From: an uncultured Verrucomicrobiota bacterium
GTDB lineage: Bacteria; Verrucomicrobiota; Verrucomicrobiia; Limisphaerales; JADLHS01
Direction of reading: 5' to 3'
Assembly (NCBI GenBank): GCA_903828255.1
Contig: CAIKLQ010000998.1
Location: 3,133 to 67,132 of the forward strand
Length of the DNA stretch: 64,000 nt
The first letter of the stretch is position 1, and each line of letters opens with the position of its first letter. This document shows positions 36,109 to 47,700 of this stretch, one piece after another. The notes under the pieces were generated by a model, which searched no databases, had not been told where the DNA came from, and was given only the letters and a program-made list of their open reading frames with translations. The translations under genes were made by a program, and so were the position numbers.

Positions 36109-37455
36109 ATGGACTGGAACCCGATCATTTTGCTCGGCTTGAAAATTGCCGCCGTGGCGCTGCTGGTCATGCTCAACGGCTTTTTCGTCGCAGCGGAATT
36201 CGCGTTGGTCAAGATTCGCGACACCCAGTTGCTCCCGGAGGTTCGGCGCGGACATCGCCGGGCGAAGGTAGCCCAGTTGATCTTGCAGCAGCTCGATGCC
36301 TTCCTGAGCGCGGCGCAATTGGGTATCACGCTGGCCAGTCTGGGTTTGGGGTGGATCGGCGAGCCGGTCTTCTCGGCGCTGTTGCAACCGGTGTTTGGCT
36401 GGCTGCACGTCAACGCCCCGGAAGTGCGCCATGTGTTGTCGTTTATCATCGGCTTCTCCGCCATCACGTTTCTGCACATCAGCGCGGGCGAACAAGCGCC
36501 CAAATGGCTGGCGATTCAACAGCCGCTGACGACGACCTTGTGGATCGCGTACCCGATGCTGTGGTTCTATCGCGTTTCCTATCCGTTCGTCGTCGTGCTC
36601 AACTCGTTTTCGCAATGGTTGCTCCGGCAGGTCGGTTTGGAGCCGGCCACGGAGGGCGAGGGCGCGCATTCCGAGGAGGAACTCCGGCTGCTTTTTGCGA
36701 CGTCCCAGAAACATTCCGGCGGCACGGCCCTGGGGCGGCACATCCTGTTAAATGCGCTCGAATTGCGCCGCCGCATCGTGCGCGAAGTGATGCGGCCTCG
36801 TCAGGAAATGACCGTGTTGGACACGGCGGCGAGCATTGCGGAGTGCGTGGAGGTGGCCGAGAAAACCCGTTACTCGCGCTTTCCCCTGTGCGAAGCCGGC
36901 AATCCCGACAAGACGCTGGGCGTCATTCACATCAAAGACCTCTACTCGTTACGCGGAAAGGCGACCACCGGCGCGGACCTGTTGACGGCGGCGCGCAAGC
37001 TGATTTACGTGCCGGAAACTGCGCGCCTGGAAAAACTGCTTCAGCTTTTTCTCGAACGCAAATTGCACTTGGCGATCGTCGTGGATGAATACGGCGGGAC
37101 GTTGGGTTTGGTGACACTGGAAAACATCCTGGAGGAATTGGTCGGCCAGATTCAGGACGAGTTTGATCAGGAAAAACCGTTGCTCACGCGGACTAGCGAC
37201 ACGGTGTGGGAGGTGGCGGGCGCGCTGCCGTTGCACGAGCTGGAAGAAATCGTGGGCGTGGCGTTACGGGAAGAAGGCGTCACCACGACGAGCGGATGGA
37301 TGACGCAGCAGCTCGGCGGTTTTCCAAAACAGGGAGATGGGCTCACCGTTGGCAGCTTTGAATTGCGTGTCGAAGAGATGGATGACATGCGCGTGGCGCG
37401 GTTGAAGATTTCAAAGCGGGTCGGCACGGAACCGCCGACGGCCAAGGGAGAGTGA
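36109..37455 (+). CDS. CNNM/TlyC/CorC-family transporter (DUF21 + CBS pair + CorC_HlyC)
   Basis: 448 aa. LNGFFVAAEFALVKIRDTQL.., ..CBS.. and ..WEVAGALPLHELEE.. ..SGWMTQQLGGFPKQGD. Confidence 0.85.
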   Translation: MDWNPIILLGLKIAAVALLVMLNGFFVAAEFALVKIRDTQLLPEVRRGHRRAKVAQLILQQLDAFLSAAQLGITLASLGLGWIGEPVFSALLQPVFGWLHVNAPEVRHVLSFIIGFSAITFLHISAGEQAPKWLAIQQPLTTTLWIAYPMLWFYRVSYPFVVVLNSFSQWLLRQVGLEPATEGEGAHSEEELRLLFATSQKHSGGTALGRHILLNALELRRRIVREVMRPRQEMTVLDTAASIAECVEVAEKTRYSRFPLCEAGNPDKTLGVIHIKDLYSLRGKATTGADLLTAARKLIYVPETARLEKLLQLFLERKLHLAIVVDEYGGTLGLVTLENILEELVGQIQDEFDQEKPLLTRTSDTVWEVAGALPLHELEEIVGVALREEGVTTTSGWMTQQLGGFPKQGDGLTVGSFELRVEEMDDMRVARLKISKRVGTEPPTAKGE

Positions 37456-37530
37456 TTGGGAGCGGAGCGCAGACGCCTTCGTCCGCGCGAACCCGGATCG
37501 AAACGCACGGACGCGGCGACCGCGCGCCTT

Positions 37531-38376
37531 TCACCACCGCGCGCCGCGCACCGCGAAGACGGAGACGACCACGCTCGTTACCGCGCAGAAAATCACCGGC
37601 AGCCAGAGTTGGTGCCGGGCGGCACCGGTCGCAAACAAGATCATCGCCAGCAACCAGACTCCCAGCGGATGATAATCCGGCGGGCGCCGGCTCGGGCGGG
37701 CACGCTTGTCAATCAGCGCGGGCGTCACGAAAGCCATGATGAGCAGCGCCGTGAGGAGCCAGCCTAGAAAATTTGTCACCGGCGCGCCGCCCCAAGTGAG
37801 CGGCAGGCGCGTGGGCTGCCAAAGCCAGTAGCGTTTGACCACGGCGGCGAACGGCTCCAGTCCCGCGTCAAACAACACAGTGAGTGTGACGGTGATGCCG
37901 ATCAGCCAGAAACCGTAGGCGCGCACTTTGCGCCAGGGACGCAGGATCAGGCGCGCGACGCCACGGGAATTGAGGACCGCCACGATCCACACCAACGGCA
38001 TCGGCCACGCCAGAATGTTGAGCAGTCGCGGACCGGCATCGGCAGTGTAATGGAACGGACCAAACGGCATAGCCGTCGTGGCCCCGAGGCTGTGCGAGAC
38101 GCTGCCGATGAGGGCGATGATCGCGGCTCCGAGAATGGCGTTCTGCGCCGTCAATTGCAGGGCGAGCGCGACCAGGGTGACCACGGTGGCGGTGACGATC
38201 AGCAGCACCTCGGGCCAGCCGGGTTTGCCGGTCTTCAGCGCGTTGCCGAACAATCCGTAAATTACGAGGCCATAGCTGGTCAGCGCCAACAGGGAGGTGG
38301 ACCATTTGGCGAAACGGCCCAGCGCCTCCGTAGGATTGCTTGCTACTGGCGGCTTGCGTTGCGGGGATTCATTCAT
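37531..38376 (-). CDS. Polytopic membrane protein, DUF422/COG2324-like (annotated in databases as carotenoid biosynthesis protein)
   Basis: About 281 aa from ATG 38376 (MNESPQRK..), with seven or more TM helices. The pattern ..PFGPFHYT.. ..LAWPMPLVW.. ..NFLGWLL resembles DUF422. Confidence 0.45.
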   Translation of the reverse strand: MNESPQRKPPVASNPTEALGRFAKWSTSLLALTSYGLVIYGLFGNALKTGKPGWPEVLLIVTATVVTLVALALQLTAQNAILGAAIIALIGSVSHSLGATTAMPFGPFHYTADAGPRLLNILAWPMPLVWIVAVLNSRGVARLILRPWRKVRAYGFWLIGITVTLTVLFDAGLEPFAAVVKRYWLWQPTRLPLTWGGAPVTNFLGWLLTALLIMAFVTPALIDKRARPSRRPPDYHPLGVWLLAMILFATGAARHQLWLPVIFCAVTSVVVSVFAVRGARW

Positions 38377-38410
38377 CTGACGGCCAGAGCATAATTCCAA
38401 ATCGCGTACA

Positions 38411-38752
38411 GTGAAGCGCAAAGTTTGCCCCCCGGATGGGATTTTGCTTCAGGCAAAAGGCCGCGCCCGCGCCGGGGACAATCGGTCAGAATGTCTGGAC
38501 GCCGCAACCGGGGCCCACGTCTGGGAGCATGAGACAACCGGGGCCCTTTGGGGATGCCGCTGGCTGGCTGGCGACCGGCTTTACGTTGGCAACGTGGCGG
38601 CCCGCATGACCGTGCTTCGTGCCGGACGGCGCAAGGAACTGCTGGCCCAGATCGAGATGGAGTCGCCTCTCTATTCGCGTCCGGCGCTGATTGGCGATGC
38701 GCTTTATCTGGCCACCGCACACCGGTTGTACCGCATCGCGGCAAAGCCTTGA
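38411..38752 (+). pseudogene. C-terminal fragment of a PQQ-like beta-propeller repeat protein
   Basis: CLDAATGAHVWEHETTGAL..GDRLYVGN..SPLYSRPALIGDALYLATAHRLYRI looks like the last two or so blades of a BamB/PQQ-type propeller. No N-terminal part or signal peptide. Confidence 0.3.
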
Positions 38753-38863
38753 TCCCTCATCCAGGAAAGCGCCACGAGGCATCCCCGCCGGCGATTTCTC
38801 GGGAGGGCAAGGACCACCGGCGCGACCGGTGGCGCTGAAGCTCGGCCATTTTAACCGGAAAAT

Positions 38864-39214
38864 TCACTGCTCCGCCGAGAGTTTCGCGATGACTTCGGCC
38901 GCGGTGAGGCCGTGGAGTTTGATGACTTTGTGGCGCGAGGTTTGACCGCGGAGGATTTGCACCACGCCGCGCGCACAGTCAAATTTTTTCGCCAGCAAGC
39001 GGAGCACCGCTTCGTTCGCCGCGGCATCCACTGGTGGGGCAGTGACTTTGAGGCGCAGTTCCGCGCCGAACGGTTCGCCGACTTCGTTCGTCGGCGCGCG
39101 GGGTTGCACCTTGACGGCCAGCGTCACGCCGTCCGCCTGGACGCTCAAGAAACCGGGCAGCGGGATCGGGGGCGCGGGCGGTTTCGGTTTTCGGGCTGAC
39201 TTCTGATCGTGCAT
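38864..39214 (-). CDS. DUF167 (YggU-family) protein
   Basis: LAVKVQPRAPTNEV..LRLKVTAPPVDAAANEAVLRLLAKKF..VQILRGQTSRHKVIKL matches the YggU pattern. Confidence 0.75.
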   Translation of the reverse strand: MHDQKSARKPKPPAPPIPLPGFLSVQADGVTLAVKVQPRAPTNEVGEPFGAELRLKVTAPPVDAAANEAVLRLLAKKFDCARGVVQILRGQTSRHKVIKLHGLTAAEVIAKLSAEQ

Positions 39215-39243
39215 TACGCCGGGATTTTGCCCATACTCGGCGC

Positions 39244-40017
39244 GTGATGAACAGAAATCTTCTTGTCTTGGGCGGTGCCGTGGCGCTCCTGATGTTTGCC
39301 GGATGCGCAGCGGACCGGCTTAAACCTTCGGAAGTGTACCCCGCTGCCAACGTGCGCAATGCGCCGCCGGAAATGAACCTCAACGAAATTCAAATCCTCG
39401 AACGCGCCGCCGCCCAACCGGTAGCGACCGTCGTGGGCCAAGGCTGGCGCTCCGTGTTTGACGGCCATTCGTTGGAGGGTTGGCGCATCACTGAATTCGG
39501 CGGGCACGGGCGCGTGGTAGTGCAGAAAGGACTTCTGGTCCTGCCCGCGGGCACGCCGTTCACCGGGGTCAGTTTCACGAACGATCCGCCGAAAGTGAAC
39601 TACGAGCTTTCGCTGGAAGCGATGCGCGTGAGCGGTTCGGACTTTTTTTGCGGACTGACTTTCCCGGTGCAAGATTCGTTTTGCAGCCTGATCGTCGGCG
39701 GCTGGGGCGGGACGCTGGTTGGGCTTTCCAATCTCGACGGAGCGGACGCCTCCGAGAACGAAACCACGCAATTCGTCAGCTTTGAATCCGGCCGCTGGTA
39801 TCGCATCCGGCTGCGCGTGACGGAACACAAGATCGAAGCCTGGGTCGAGCAGAAGAAAGTCGTGAACGTCACCACCACCGGCCGCAAACTCTCGCTGCGG
39901 TTTGGCGACATCGAACTTTCCAAACCGCTCGGCATCGCGGCCTGGGACACGGGTGCGGCCCTGCGCGAAATCCAGATCCGCACCGTGAACGCACCGGAAT
40001 CGGCAGCGGAGCAGTGA
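39244..40017 (+). CDS. DUF1080 (3-keto-disaccharide hydrolase-like) lipoprotein
   Basis: Lipobox [18 protein letters not shown].. ..[23 protein letters not shown].. ..[17 protein letters not shown] is typical of DUF1080. Confidence 0.75.
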   Translation: MMNRNLLVLGGAVALLMFAGCAADRLKPSEVYPAANVRNAPPEMNLNEIQILERAAAQPVATVVGQGWRSVFDGHSLEGWRITEFGGHGRVVVQKGLLVLPAGTPFTGVSFTNDPPKVNYELSLEAMRVSGSDFFCGLTFPVQDSFCSLIVGGWGGTLVGLSNLDGADASENETTQFVSFESGRWYRIRLRVTEHKIEAWVEQKKVVNVTTTGRKLSLRFGDIELSKPLGIAAWDTGAALREIQIRTVNAPESAAEQ

Positions 40018-40922
40018 GCTCACCACGCCTCTTCCGATTCCTTTGGCGCACGGCGGTCGTGGGGCTGAGCTTGTGCCTCACGACTGGTTGCCGGACTCCG
40101 AACAGCGCCGGGCGCACGGAGCGGAATGTGGTTTATGCGCACATTGGCGAAAAGGAATTGGTCCTCGATCTGTTCTTCCCGAAATCGTCCGACCCGAAGC
40201 CCCGCCCCGTGGCGGTCAACTTCCACGGAGGCGGATGGACCTACGGCGCCAAGTGGAACGGCACCGGCTGGCTCGCTGCCTCAGAACTGCTCCAGCGTGG
40301 TTACGTCTTCGTTTCCGTCAATTACCGGCTCGCGCCGCGGAATAAATTTCCGGCGCAAATCGAGGACGCCAAGTGCGCCATCCGTTTCCTGCGGGCGCAC
40401 GCCCGGCAATACCATCTCGACCCGGAACGAATCGCGGCGGTCGGTAACAGCGCCGGCGGGCATCTCGCGGCCCTCTTGGGGACGGCGAAAGAGAGCGCCG
40501 GGTTTGACCGCAGCGGCGGATGGACCAATGAATCCAGCCGCGTGCAGGCGGTGGTGGATATGTTCGGTCCGGCGGACCTGCTCTATGGGGTGCAGCACAA
40601 TGAGACCTGGTCACTGCTCGCCGGCGAGGTGTTTGGATCGAAAACGTCGGAGGAAATCCTGCGCCGCGCCAGCCCGGTGAATTATGTAGCTCCGGACGAT
40701 CCGCCATTTCTGCTGCTGCATGGCGAGCGCGACAGTTTAGTGCCGCTCGTGCAATCGGAACTGTTGGCGGCGGCGTTGCGGAAAGCCGGGGTGCCGGTGG
40801 AGTTCATCATCGTAAAACACGCCGGCCATTGCTTCGTTCCCGCGGGCCGGCCACCGAGTCCCAACGACGCAGAAATCGGAAAATTGATCGCGGATTTTCT
40901 GGATCGAAAGATGCCGAGATAG
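40014..40922 (+). CDS. Alpha/beta hydrolase (esterase/lipase-type) lipoprotein
   Basis: Lipobox LTTGC, oxyanion HGGGW and nucleophile elbow GNSAGGH. GTGA overlap with the upstream gene. Confidence 0.8.
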   Translation: MSSPRLFRFLWRTAVVGLSLCLTTGCRTPNSAGRTERNVVYAHIGEKELVLDLFFPKSSDPKPRPVAVNFHGGGWTYGAKWNGTGWLAASELLQRGYVFVSVNYRLAPRNKFPAQIEDAKCAIRFLRAHARQYHLDPERIAAVGNSAGGHLAALLGTAKESAGFDRSGGWTNESSRVQAVVDMFGPADLLYGVQHNETWSLLAGEVFGSKTSEEILRRASPVNYVAPDDPPFLLLHGERDSLVPLVQSELLAAALRKAGVPVEFIIVKHAGHCFVPAGRPPSPNDAEIGKLIADFLDRKMPR

Positions 40923-41063
40923 CGCACGCGCGTGGCCACGGGTCGAGTTGTCATGAAGTCGTGACTTTCTTGGCGCGAAGCTGTTCGCAACTACCAGAAC
41001 CGTTCAGTCGCCGAGGATCAGTTTCCTTCCGCAGCTCGTAAGGGCGAGAGTTGTTGCCAAACT

Positions 41064-42143
41064 TCAGGGTGAGACGCGCAATCGCCAGAAGGCGGTGCCG
41101 TTCAAGGGGTAAGTCACCTCAACCTGGATCGGAATGCCTGACCCGGCGCCGACTGGCAGGAGGTCATACCAAGTAGATGTGCCGTCGAAGGCGTCAAGTT
41201 GCTCCATGGTGTAAGACCGGTTGGCTTGAGTTGGAAAGGAAAGCAACACGCCAGTGGCGGTGCGACCGGTCATGGTTACCTGCGGCAGAACACGCTGACC
41301 AGTCTTGAACTGAACCGTGCTGCTGTAATTGGTGACGCCGTCCCGCACCGCCGCCACGCGCCAAAAGTAGCTTGTCGCTGGGGCGAGTGGCGGCGCGGCG
41401 AAGCTGAGTTCCGAAGTGGTGCCCACCAGATTGGTGGATCGCAGAGTGGAACTCTTGCCAAGATAAACCTGGAACTCCGGCGGGGCCGAAAAGTACTCGC
41501 TGGAGAAACCAAACCCGTCCACATCCGCAAACCAAGCAAAGGCGGCTTGAGGAATGTAGCCGTCGGCTTGAACAACCAACTGAATATTCTGCCCGGCGTA
41601 CGCCAGCAGGTTCGTGCTGCGGCTCACCCAATTGTGGCTGAGGAACTGGGGTTCGTTGCCCATCGCATCCTCGAGCAACACCACAGGGACGCCACCTTGG
41701 TAGAGCAACACGCGTAAACGGCCCATGATGGTGTACGGAAGGGTGTTGTAGATTCGCTCCTTCCACTGAAGCGTGGCGGAGATGGCGTCAGCAGGAATGT
41801 ACAAGTCTTGGAAGAGTTGTCCGGTCGAGCGTAGGACATTCGGCATAGAGGAGCCGGCCCACTGATAGCCCATGCCGTAGGCATTCGTAGTGTCGGTGTA
41901 AACTGCCCAAATGGCTGGATACTGGCCACCAGCGTACCAGCCCGGACTGAAACCGGTTTCGAAACTCCCGTTCACCATCAGGTCGTCCACCCAACGCCAT
42001 GTCAGCGTTGTATCGGGGGCCACATTGGTCGCGCCGGGTGATGGCGACTGAAGTAATGGACCTGGGGCAGAACTGGCACAGGCATTTCCGCCGAGCGCAA
42101 CTGAAAGAAAGAGCATTGAAAACCACCGGAGATCGCTTTTCAT
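41064..42143 (-). CDS. Secreted protein with fibronectin-type-III-like terminal domains
   Basis: ATG at 42143 (MKSDLRWFSMLFLSVALGGNACA). FN3-like segments: PGATNVAPDTTLTWRW and ..LAPATSYFWRVAAV. Confidence 0.6.
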   Translation of the reverse strand: MKSDLRWFSMLFLSVALGGNACASSAPGPLLQSPSPGATNVAPDTTLTWRWVDDLMVNGSFETGFSPGWYAGGQYPAIWAVYTDTTNAYGMGYQWAGSSMPNVLRSTGQLFQDLYIPADAISATLQWKERIYNTLPYTIMGRLRVLLYQGGVPVVLLEDAMGNEPQFLSHNWVSRSTNLLAYAGQNIQLVVQADGYIPQAAFAWFADVDGFGFSSEYFSAPPEFQVYLGKSSTLRSTNLVGTTSELSFAAPPLAPATSYFWRVAAVRDGVTNYSSTVQFKTGQRVLPQVTMTGRTATGVLLSFPTQANRSYTMEQLDAFDGTSTWYDLLPVGAGSGIPIQVEVTYPLNGTAFWRLRVSP

Positions 42144-42295
42144 TAAGCCGATCCTTGCGAATCTCCCCAAGACTGTCAAACTAGGATTCCCCGCTCCAGG
42201 AGACCAGGAGACCACGAGACCGTGCTGAGATGATGGCTGTCGGAAAGAAAAATGGGCCGGTGTTTTGCACCGGCCCTTGAACAAGAAAGACGCGG

Positions 42296-43336
42296 CTACT
42301 TCCCCAGCAAATGCTCAATCACCAGTTGGTCGAGCGCGGCGTAGTTGCAGTCCGCGATCAGTGCCTGCGCCTGTTTCTCTGGATAACTGCGGGCTTTCTC
42401 GACGAGCTTGAGGAACGTGCGCCGGCTGTTGTCCAGATGGGCGAGCCAGTGTTCGACTTTCGTCGGACGAAACGGATGCACGTCAAAGCAAACATACTCA
42501 CCCCGCTTGCCGTAGCCGTTGCGTTCGAGGGAGCGGACTTGGTTGAAGGCGACCCGGAGGTTCGCGCTGCCGAAAGGTTTGTCCTGGTCGAACTTCAAAC
42601 CGTTCTGGTCATTCAGGTGGAGCGACCAGAGTTTTCCGAACGCCATGGCGAAATCAATTTCGTCCGAGGGATCGAGGCCCGCCAGGATGGCGTGCGCGCT
42701 TTCGATCAAGCAACCGACGCGCTTCGGGTCGCGCGTGAGTTGGGCAATGGCGAGGGCGTGCCCGATGGTCGGAATGTAAGCATGGTCCATCGGCTCGTTG
42801 GGCTTGGGTTCGATGGAGATCCGGATTTTCTTGTCGTGTCCGAGCATCTTATCGAGGGCCTCGACCAGATAATCCACGCAGCGGCGGGCATTCTTGGATT
42901 CGCGGATGTAGCTGCCCTCGCGCGCGAACCAGAGCACGATGAGGTCGGTGCCGAGATGGTTCGCCACGTCAATGCAGCGAAGCGAGCGCTCGATGGCGTA
43001 TTGGCGGCACTTGGGGTCGTTGCTCGTGTAGCCGCCATCAATCGTGCGCGGGTCGAACCAGAGTCGCGGCGCGACCATTTCGGCGACCACGCCGGCGTCG
43101 GCGAGTTTCTTTTTCAGTTCGCGCGATTCCTTGCGGACTTGCGCATCGGACTTGCTGTCAATTTCCGGAACGGCGTCGTCGTCGTGGAACATCATCGCCT
43201 CGAAGCCAAGTTGCTTGAGTTGATCGAGTTTCCAATCGAAGGATTGGGCCGGACGGGTGGTGGGGCCGTAAGGGTCCTGGCCTTCGCTGATATTCCAAGG
43301 ACCGAAACAGAATTTGTATTGATGTGGTTTAACCAT
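42296..43336 (-). CDS. Xylose-isomerase-family TIM-barrel enzyme (class I XylA-related)
   Basis: KFCFGPWNISEGQDPYG, FHDDDAVPE, VLWFAREGSY and IEPKPNEP parallel actinobacterial XylA motifs (FTFGLWT..DPFG, FHD.D, LWGGREG, EPKPNEP). Confidence 0.7.
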   Translation of the reverse strand: MVKPHQYKFCFGPWNISEGQDPYGPTTRPAQSFDWKLDQLKQLGFEAMMFHDDDAVPEIDSKSDAQVRKESRELKKKLADAGVVAEMVAPRLWFDPRTIDGGYTSNDPKCRQYAIERSLRCIDVANHLGTDLIVLWFAREGSYIRESKNARRCVDYLVEALDKMLGHDKKIRISIEPKPNEPMDHAYIPTIGHALAIAQLTRDPKRVGCLIESAHAILAGLDPSDEIDFAMAFGKLWSLHLNDQNGLKFDQDKPFGSANLRVAFNQVRSLERNGYGKRGEYVCFDVHPFRPTKVEHWLAHLDNSRRTFLKLVEKARSYPEKQAQALIADCNYAALDQLVIEHLLGK

Positions 43337-43463
43337 AAATTGTGGAGTGACGCTAGCAGGCCGGTTCGCGAAGAAAAGGAAAAATGCGCGCCTTTTTCAA
43401 AAATAGATTAACTCATTTTTTCTCGCACACTTGAAAGCGACGTTCAATGAGCGCCGGGACTCT

Positions 43464-44276
43464 TTACGGCAGGTCATAACCGGTATGCACATCGCCTCCG
43501 GTGTTCGGGGCATCCTTGTTCAATTGGCCGTCGGGGCCGTAATTAAACCAGTTGGAGTCATAATCGGGATCGGAAGCGACAGACCATTGGCGGAACAGGA
43601 TTTTTAGTTTTTCGGCATGGGAATCGGCAAAAACCGCGTTCAGAATCGGCTGCTGCTTGGCATCCTTGAGGTAGCGGTTGTAATGGAAGTCGAAGTTCTC
43701 GAAATAGACGCCCTGCCTCGATGGTTTTCCGAAGTCTGTGTCCTTGAGTCCCGGATAGATGGCGGTGTTATACCAGACCACCCACCGGGAACGATAGGAC
43801 GTGATTTCATTGTCGAGAGGAGGAGCCGAGTTGGTGAACATCCTATCGCCGGGACATCGGAAGACCCGAGGGTTGCCCACGTTCAACAGTTTCGGCACCC
43901 CGCCGAAGGTATAAGTGTATTGGTAGGTCACATTGGCAAAAGCTTGATAGTTGGCTGGGGTAACTTTGACGCCGCCGTTGCCGAAAAAGTTCAGCGCCGA
44001 TGGGAACTTGCTCTGATTGTCGTTGATGTAAAGGGATTGAGCCAGGCCCGCCTGCTTCAAGTTGTTCATGCAGGCAATCGCCTTGGCCTTTTCCTTGGCC
44101 TTCGCAAGCGCGGGCAACAGCATCGCCGCCAGAATCGCGATGATAGCGATGACCACCAAAAGCTCAATAAGAGTGAAACCGCCCCGATTGGCTAGGCGGA
44201 TTTTGCCCCCAGAGCTTGCATGGCTCGTTCTCGACGTGCCGGCGGACCTATTGATGTTGGCAGGCATGGTATTCAC
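43464..44276 (-). CDS. Prepilin-type N-terminal cleavage/methylation domain protein (DUF1559-like)
   Basis: [32 protein letters not shown], then C-terminal [11 protein letters not shown]. Confidence 0.8.
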   Translation of the reverse strand: MNTMPANINRSAGTSRTSHASSGGKIRLANRGGFTLIELLVVIAIIAILAAMLLPALAKAKEKAKAIACMNNLKQAGLAQSLYINDNQSKFPSALNFFGNGGVKVTPANYQAFANVTYQYTYTFGGVPKLLNVGNPRVFRCPGDRMFTNSAPPLDNEITSYRSRWVVWYNTAIYPGLKDTDFGKPSRQGVYFENFDFHYNRYLKDAKQQPILNAVFADSHAEKLKILFRQWSVASDPDYDSNWFNYGPDGQLNKDAPNTGGDVHTGYDLP

Positions 44277-44614
44277 TGATTGACGGTCACAACCTGGCGG
44301 GTGATGGGGTTGATACTAAACCTTTTTCCGGCGGGTGGGGCGGGAAACGGGCGTCCCTTAAAGGCTGGGAAATTGGTCAGCTCGTCAACCGTTTGAGGAG
44401 CGCCCATCGGCGACGTGGACATCATTCGCATCGCCTGATTCATCTCCGCCACGGTTACCTCCGCATTGGCGGGTGCCGCAGTTTTGCCGCAACCCGTGGT
44501 CGCGAGCGCCAGCCCCAGCGCCAGAATTGGCAGCGCCGGCACCCCGTCCAGACCGGTCGCCGCCACGCTGCGAAGGCGGCAACTAAAAAGCACTTTCTTC
44601 AGAATCATTTTCAT
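44273..44614 (-). CDS. Small lipoprotein, hypothetical
   Basis: 113 aa with lipobox ATTGC. 4-nt overlap with the downstream prepilin-like gene. Confidence 0.5.
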   Translation of the reverse strand: MKMILKKVLFSCRLRSVAATGLDGVPALPILALGLALATTGCGKTAAPANAEVTVAEMNQAMRMMSTSPMGAPQTVDELTNFPAFKGRPFPAPPAGKRFSINPITRQVVTVNQ

Positions 44615-44740
44615 AATCGCAAATCACATTTCCGTTTTGAGCCGACTCCAGTTTGTCAGTTGGGCGGCGGAAGTGGTGCAAAACGCTTCCGCCACCACCC
44701 AATACACCCGCTCAACCACCTTGAGCTTCTTGGAAACGCA

Positions 44741-47700
44741 TTACGGCAGGCGCAGGCGGTAGAATACCTTCAGTTGTGCCGGACTAATCGGGATGGTCAA
44801 ATTTGTCACGGACTGAGAACCCGGGATGTTGAACCAGTAATTTGTGTCCGTTAGATTCACCGAGTTGGACTGGGCAATCCAGCCCAGATGCGATCCCGGC
44901 CAGGTTAGATTGAGCATGTTCCCACCACTCATGCGGAACACGATGTTCGTGGGAGTGCTGGACATGCCGCCCGTCACCGAAATCGCGACCGTGGCGAAGT
45001 TCGTCGCGCCGAGGCCGTCGGTGATCTTGTAGATGAAGCTGTCCGCGACCGTGTTCGCCGGGACCGTGATGTAAGTGCCGTCGTTGCTCAACACCGACCC
45101 GTTTGTGGTCGTCGCCGCAGTGCCGGCGAATGTGAGCGGATGGTTCTCCGTGTCCGTCGCGCCAGCCAGCAGGTCGGCGATGCTCACTTGGATTGAACTG
45201 CCGGACGCGCGGTTGGTGGCCAGATTCACCGCCACCGGCGCGTGCAGCTTCACGTTGCCGATGCCCAGCGCCACGGCATAACCAGGAATCCACGGATGGA
45301 AGCCAGGGAAGGCGGTGACCGTAGCCAGATTCTGCGGCGTCCAACTGTAAGTGTAGGTGCGGAACGCACTGTCCAGCGTCGGCGTGAGAATGGTCTGAGT
45401 CCCAGTGTAAGCACCGCTCCCATCAAACTCCGGGAGAGTCACCTGAAGCGAGAGCGCCCCGCCGGTAATGCCATACAGCGCGGCGGCGAAGGAGAAGGTA
45501 TAGGTGACACCTTGTGTGACAGCGCTTCGCGCATTGTCGCGATCCATCGCACGGTCGGCTCCGACGTTGGACGCTTCATTGACATCGAGGCGCACGGCCG
45601 GGGTGCCGGGCACGCCGCCCTGGACTATGTGAGCATCGGTGGTGGACGCATCAATGATAGTGGCCGAAAACCAATCGGCGGCGTTGGGCGAGCCAACGCT
45701 GTAAAAGCGCCAATCGGCAAAGGTGGTGGTATCAATAATCCCACCGGTGCCAACTCCGACCTCCGTGCCGATGAGGTTGGCGGTGAAATCGCCGTTCGGG
45801 AAGGTGACCGCCGGCGAGCCGGTGGGCGCACCCACCTTGACCAACACGGTGCCGGTGCCGTTGTTTCCGTAGCCATCGGTAACAGTGTAGGTAAAGCTGT
45901 CATCCACGCCACTAGCCGGCACATAGATGGTGTCGGCATCCGTGGTGAGCGTGGCCCCATTGGCCGTCGCAGCGGAATTGGTCACAAGGGTGAGACCCAG
46001 CGGCTCATAGGACATGATTCTGGCCTTCTTCACCTGCGTGGCGCTGCCGGCGGCCCGATAGGCCGTGATGGTGTTGGCCACCGAGACGTAACGACCGAAC
46101 GCCACATTGTCCAGCACCAGCGCGCTGATAAAGCCCGGGTTGCGCGGGCGGAAAGAGATATTGACCTTGGCCGCATTCGGACTTTGCGGCAAATAACTCA
46201 TCGAATAGTGGTGAAAGGTCTGATCCGTCGGCAGCGCCGGGGTGTAGTGAACTCCCTCGCCGAGGTAATTACCATTCACATCAAACTCCGCAATCCCAAC
46301 GTCGCACAACTCCCTACCACCGGTGGTTCCATCCAACTCCAAGTCGAAAGAGAGGTTGTAGTGTTGGCCCGGGGTAACGGTCACCCGGTTGTTATCGCAA
46401 TCCAGCCCGTAGTCAAAGGCTGCTGGCGAACCGGTGTTATCAATATCCAAGCGCATGGCATGGCTGCCCGGAGTGCCGCCGGCGAAGTTACCTGCATCCA
46501 CAATCGTGCCGGTAAAGCCAAGGATGGCCGGTGAACCGACGCTGTAAAAGCGCCAGCCGGCAAACGTCGTCCCATCCACGACCCCATTGGTGACAATGAC
46601 AGACGCCGCGCCCAGCGAGCAGTATTCGAACGAGCCGTTCCACAGCGGTGGGAGATTGGTGAGGTTCAGGATTTGGATGTTATCCACGCTCGCCGCGCCT
46701 ACTCCTGGATTCACGACGATGCTGAGTGCACCCGCGGACGGATTCTGCAGCGTCCATGTGAACGCATACCTCTGGTAGTTGGTGGAGGAAACCAAGACGT
46801 TGCCTATCCCTTCTGTAGTGCCAGAGAAACTGCCGTCGCAGTTAAACTCCTGCGCCCCAATCCCCAGGCTGTACGGCGTGGCACCGGAAATCCAGGCGGC
46901 GTCCATGCTCACTAGGTAGGTTTCTCCATAGCCCACCGGGGTCTGCATGGAGGCATCCCATTGATCCACCCAGGAAGAACCCCCGCTGCTCAAATCCAGA
47001 CGGAGGGCTTGCTTGCCGGCGGAGGCATTGGTGATGATGCTGACGCTAAAGGACGCATTGGCCGAATTCACACCCACAAACCGCCAGCCCACAAGGGTGA
47101 ATGAATTAACGACATCGCCTCCACCTTGCGGGGCAGTGACGACGCCACCCGCCGGGCTGTATTCAAACGAGCCATTCCACGGTTGCGGGAGATTAGCCAT
47201 ATCCACGATTTGAAAGTTATCCACGCTCACCGCGCCCGCTGAAGGCGTGATGACGAAGCCGATTTGTGCCGTGGCCGGATTCTGCGGCGTTAGCATGTAG
47301 GTATAATGCGTGTAGTTTGCCGATGAAACCACGGCGGTCCCCAGCCCGTCTCCCGTATTGTCGTAAGTGCCGGTATTGTCGAATTCATGCGCCCCAATCG
47401 CCAGACTGTTGGGCGCACCGGAAATCAAGGCGGCGTCAAAGCTCACCAGGTAGCTGTGTCCATAGACCACCGGCGTGTGCATGGGCGAATCCCATTGATC
47501 AATGTAGGACGGGCCACCCGCGCTCACATCCAGGCGCAGGGCTTGCTTGCCGGCGGAAGCATTGGTGATAATGGTGGCGCTGAAGGAGGCATTGGCCGAA
47601 TTCGCAGCCACCAACCGCCAGCCCGTGATGGAGCTACCATCCACGACCATGCCGCCACCCTGCGGGGCATTGATGGTGGTGCCAGCGGAGTTGGCTTCAA

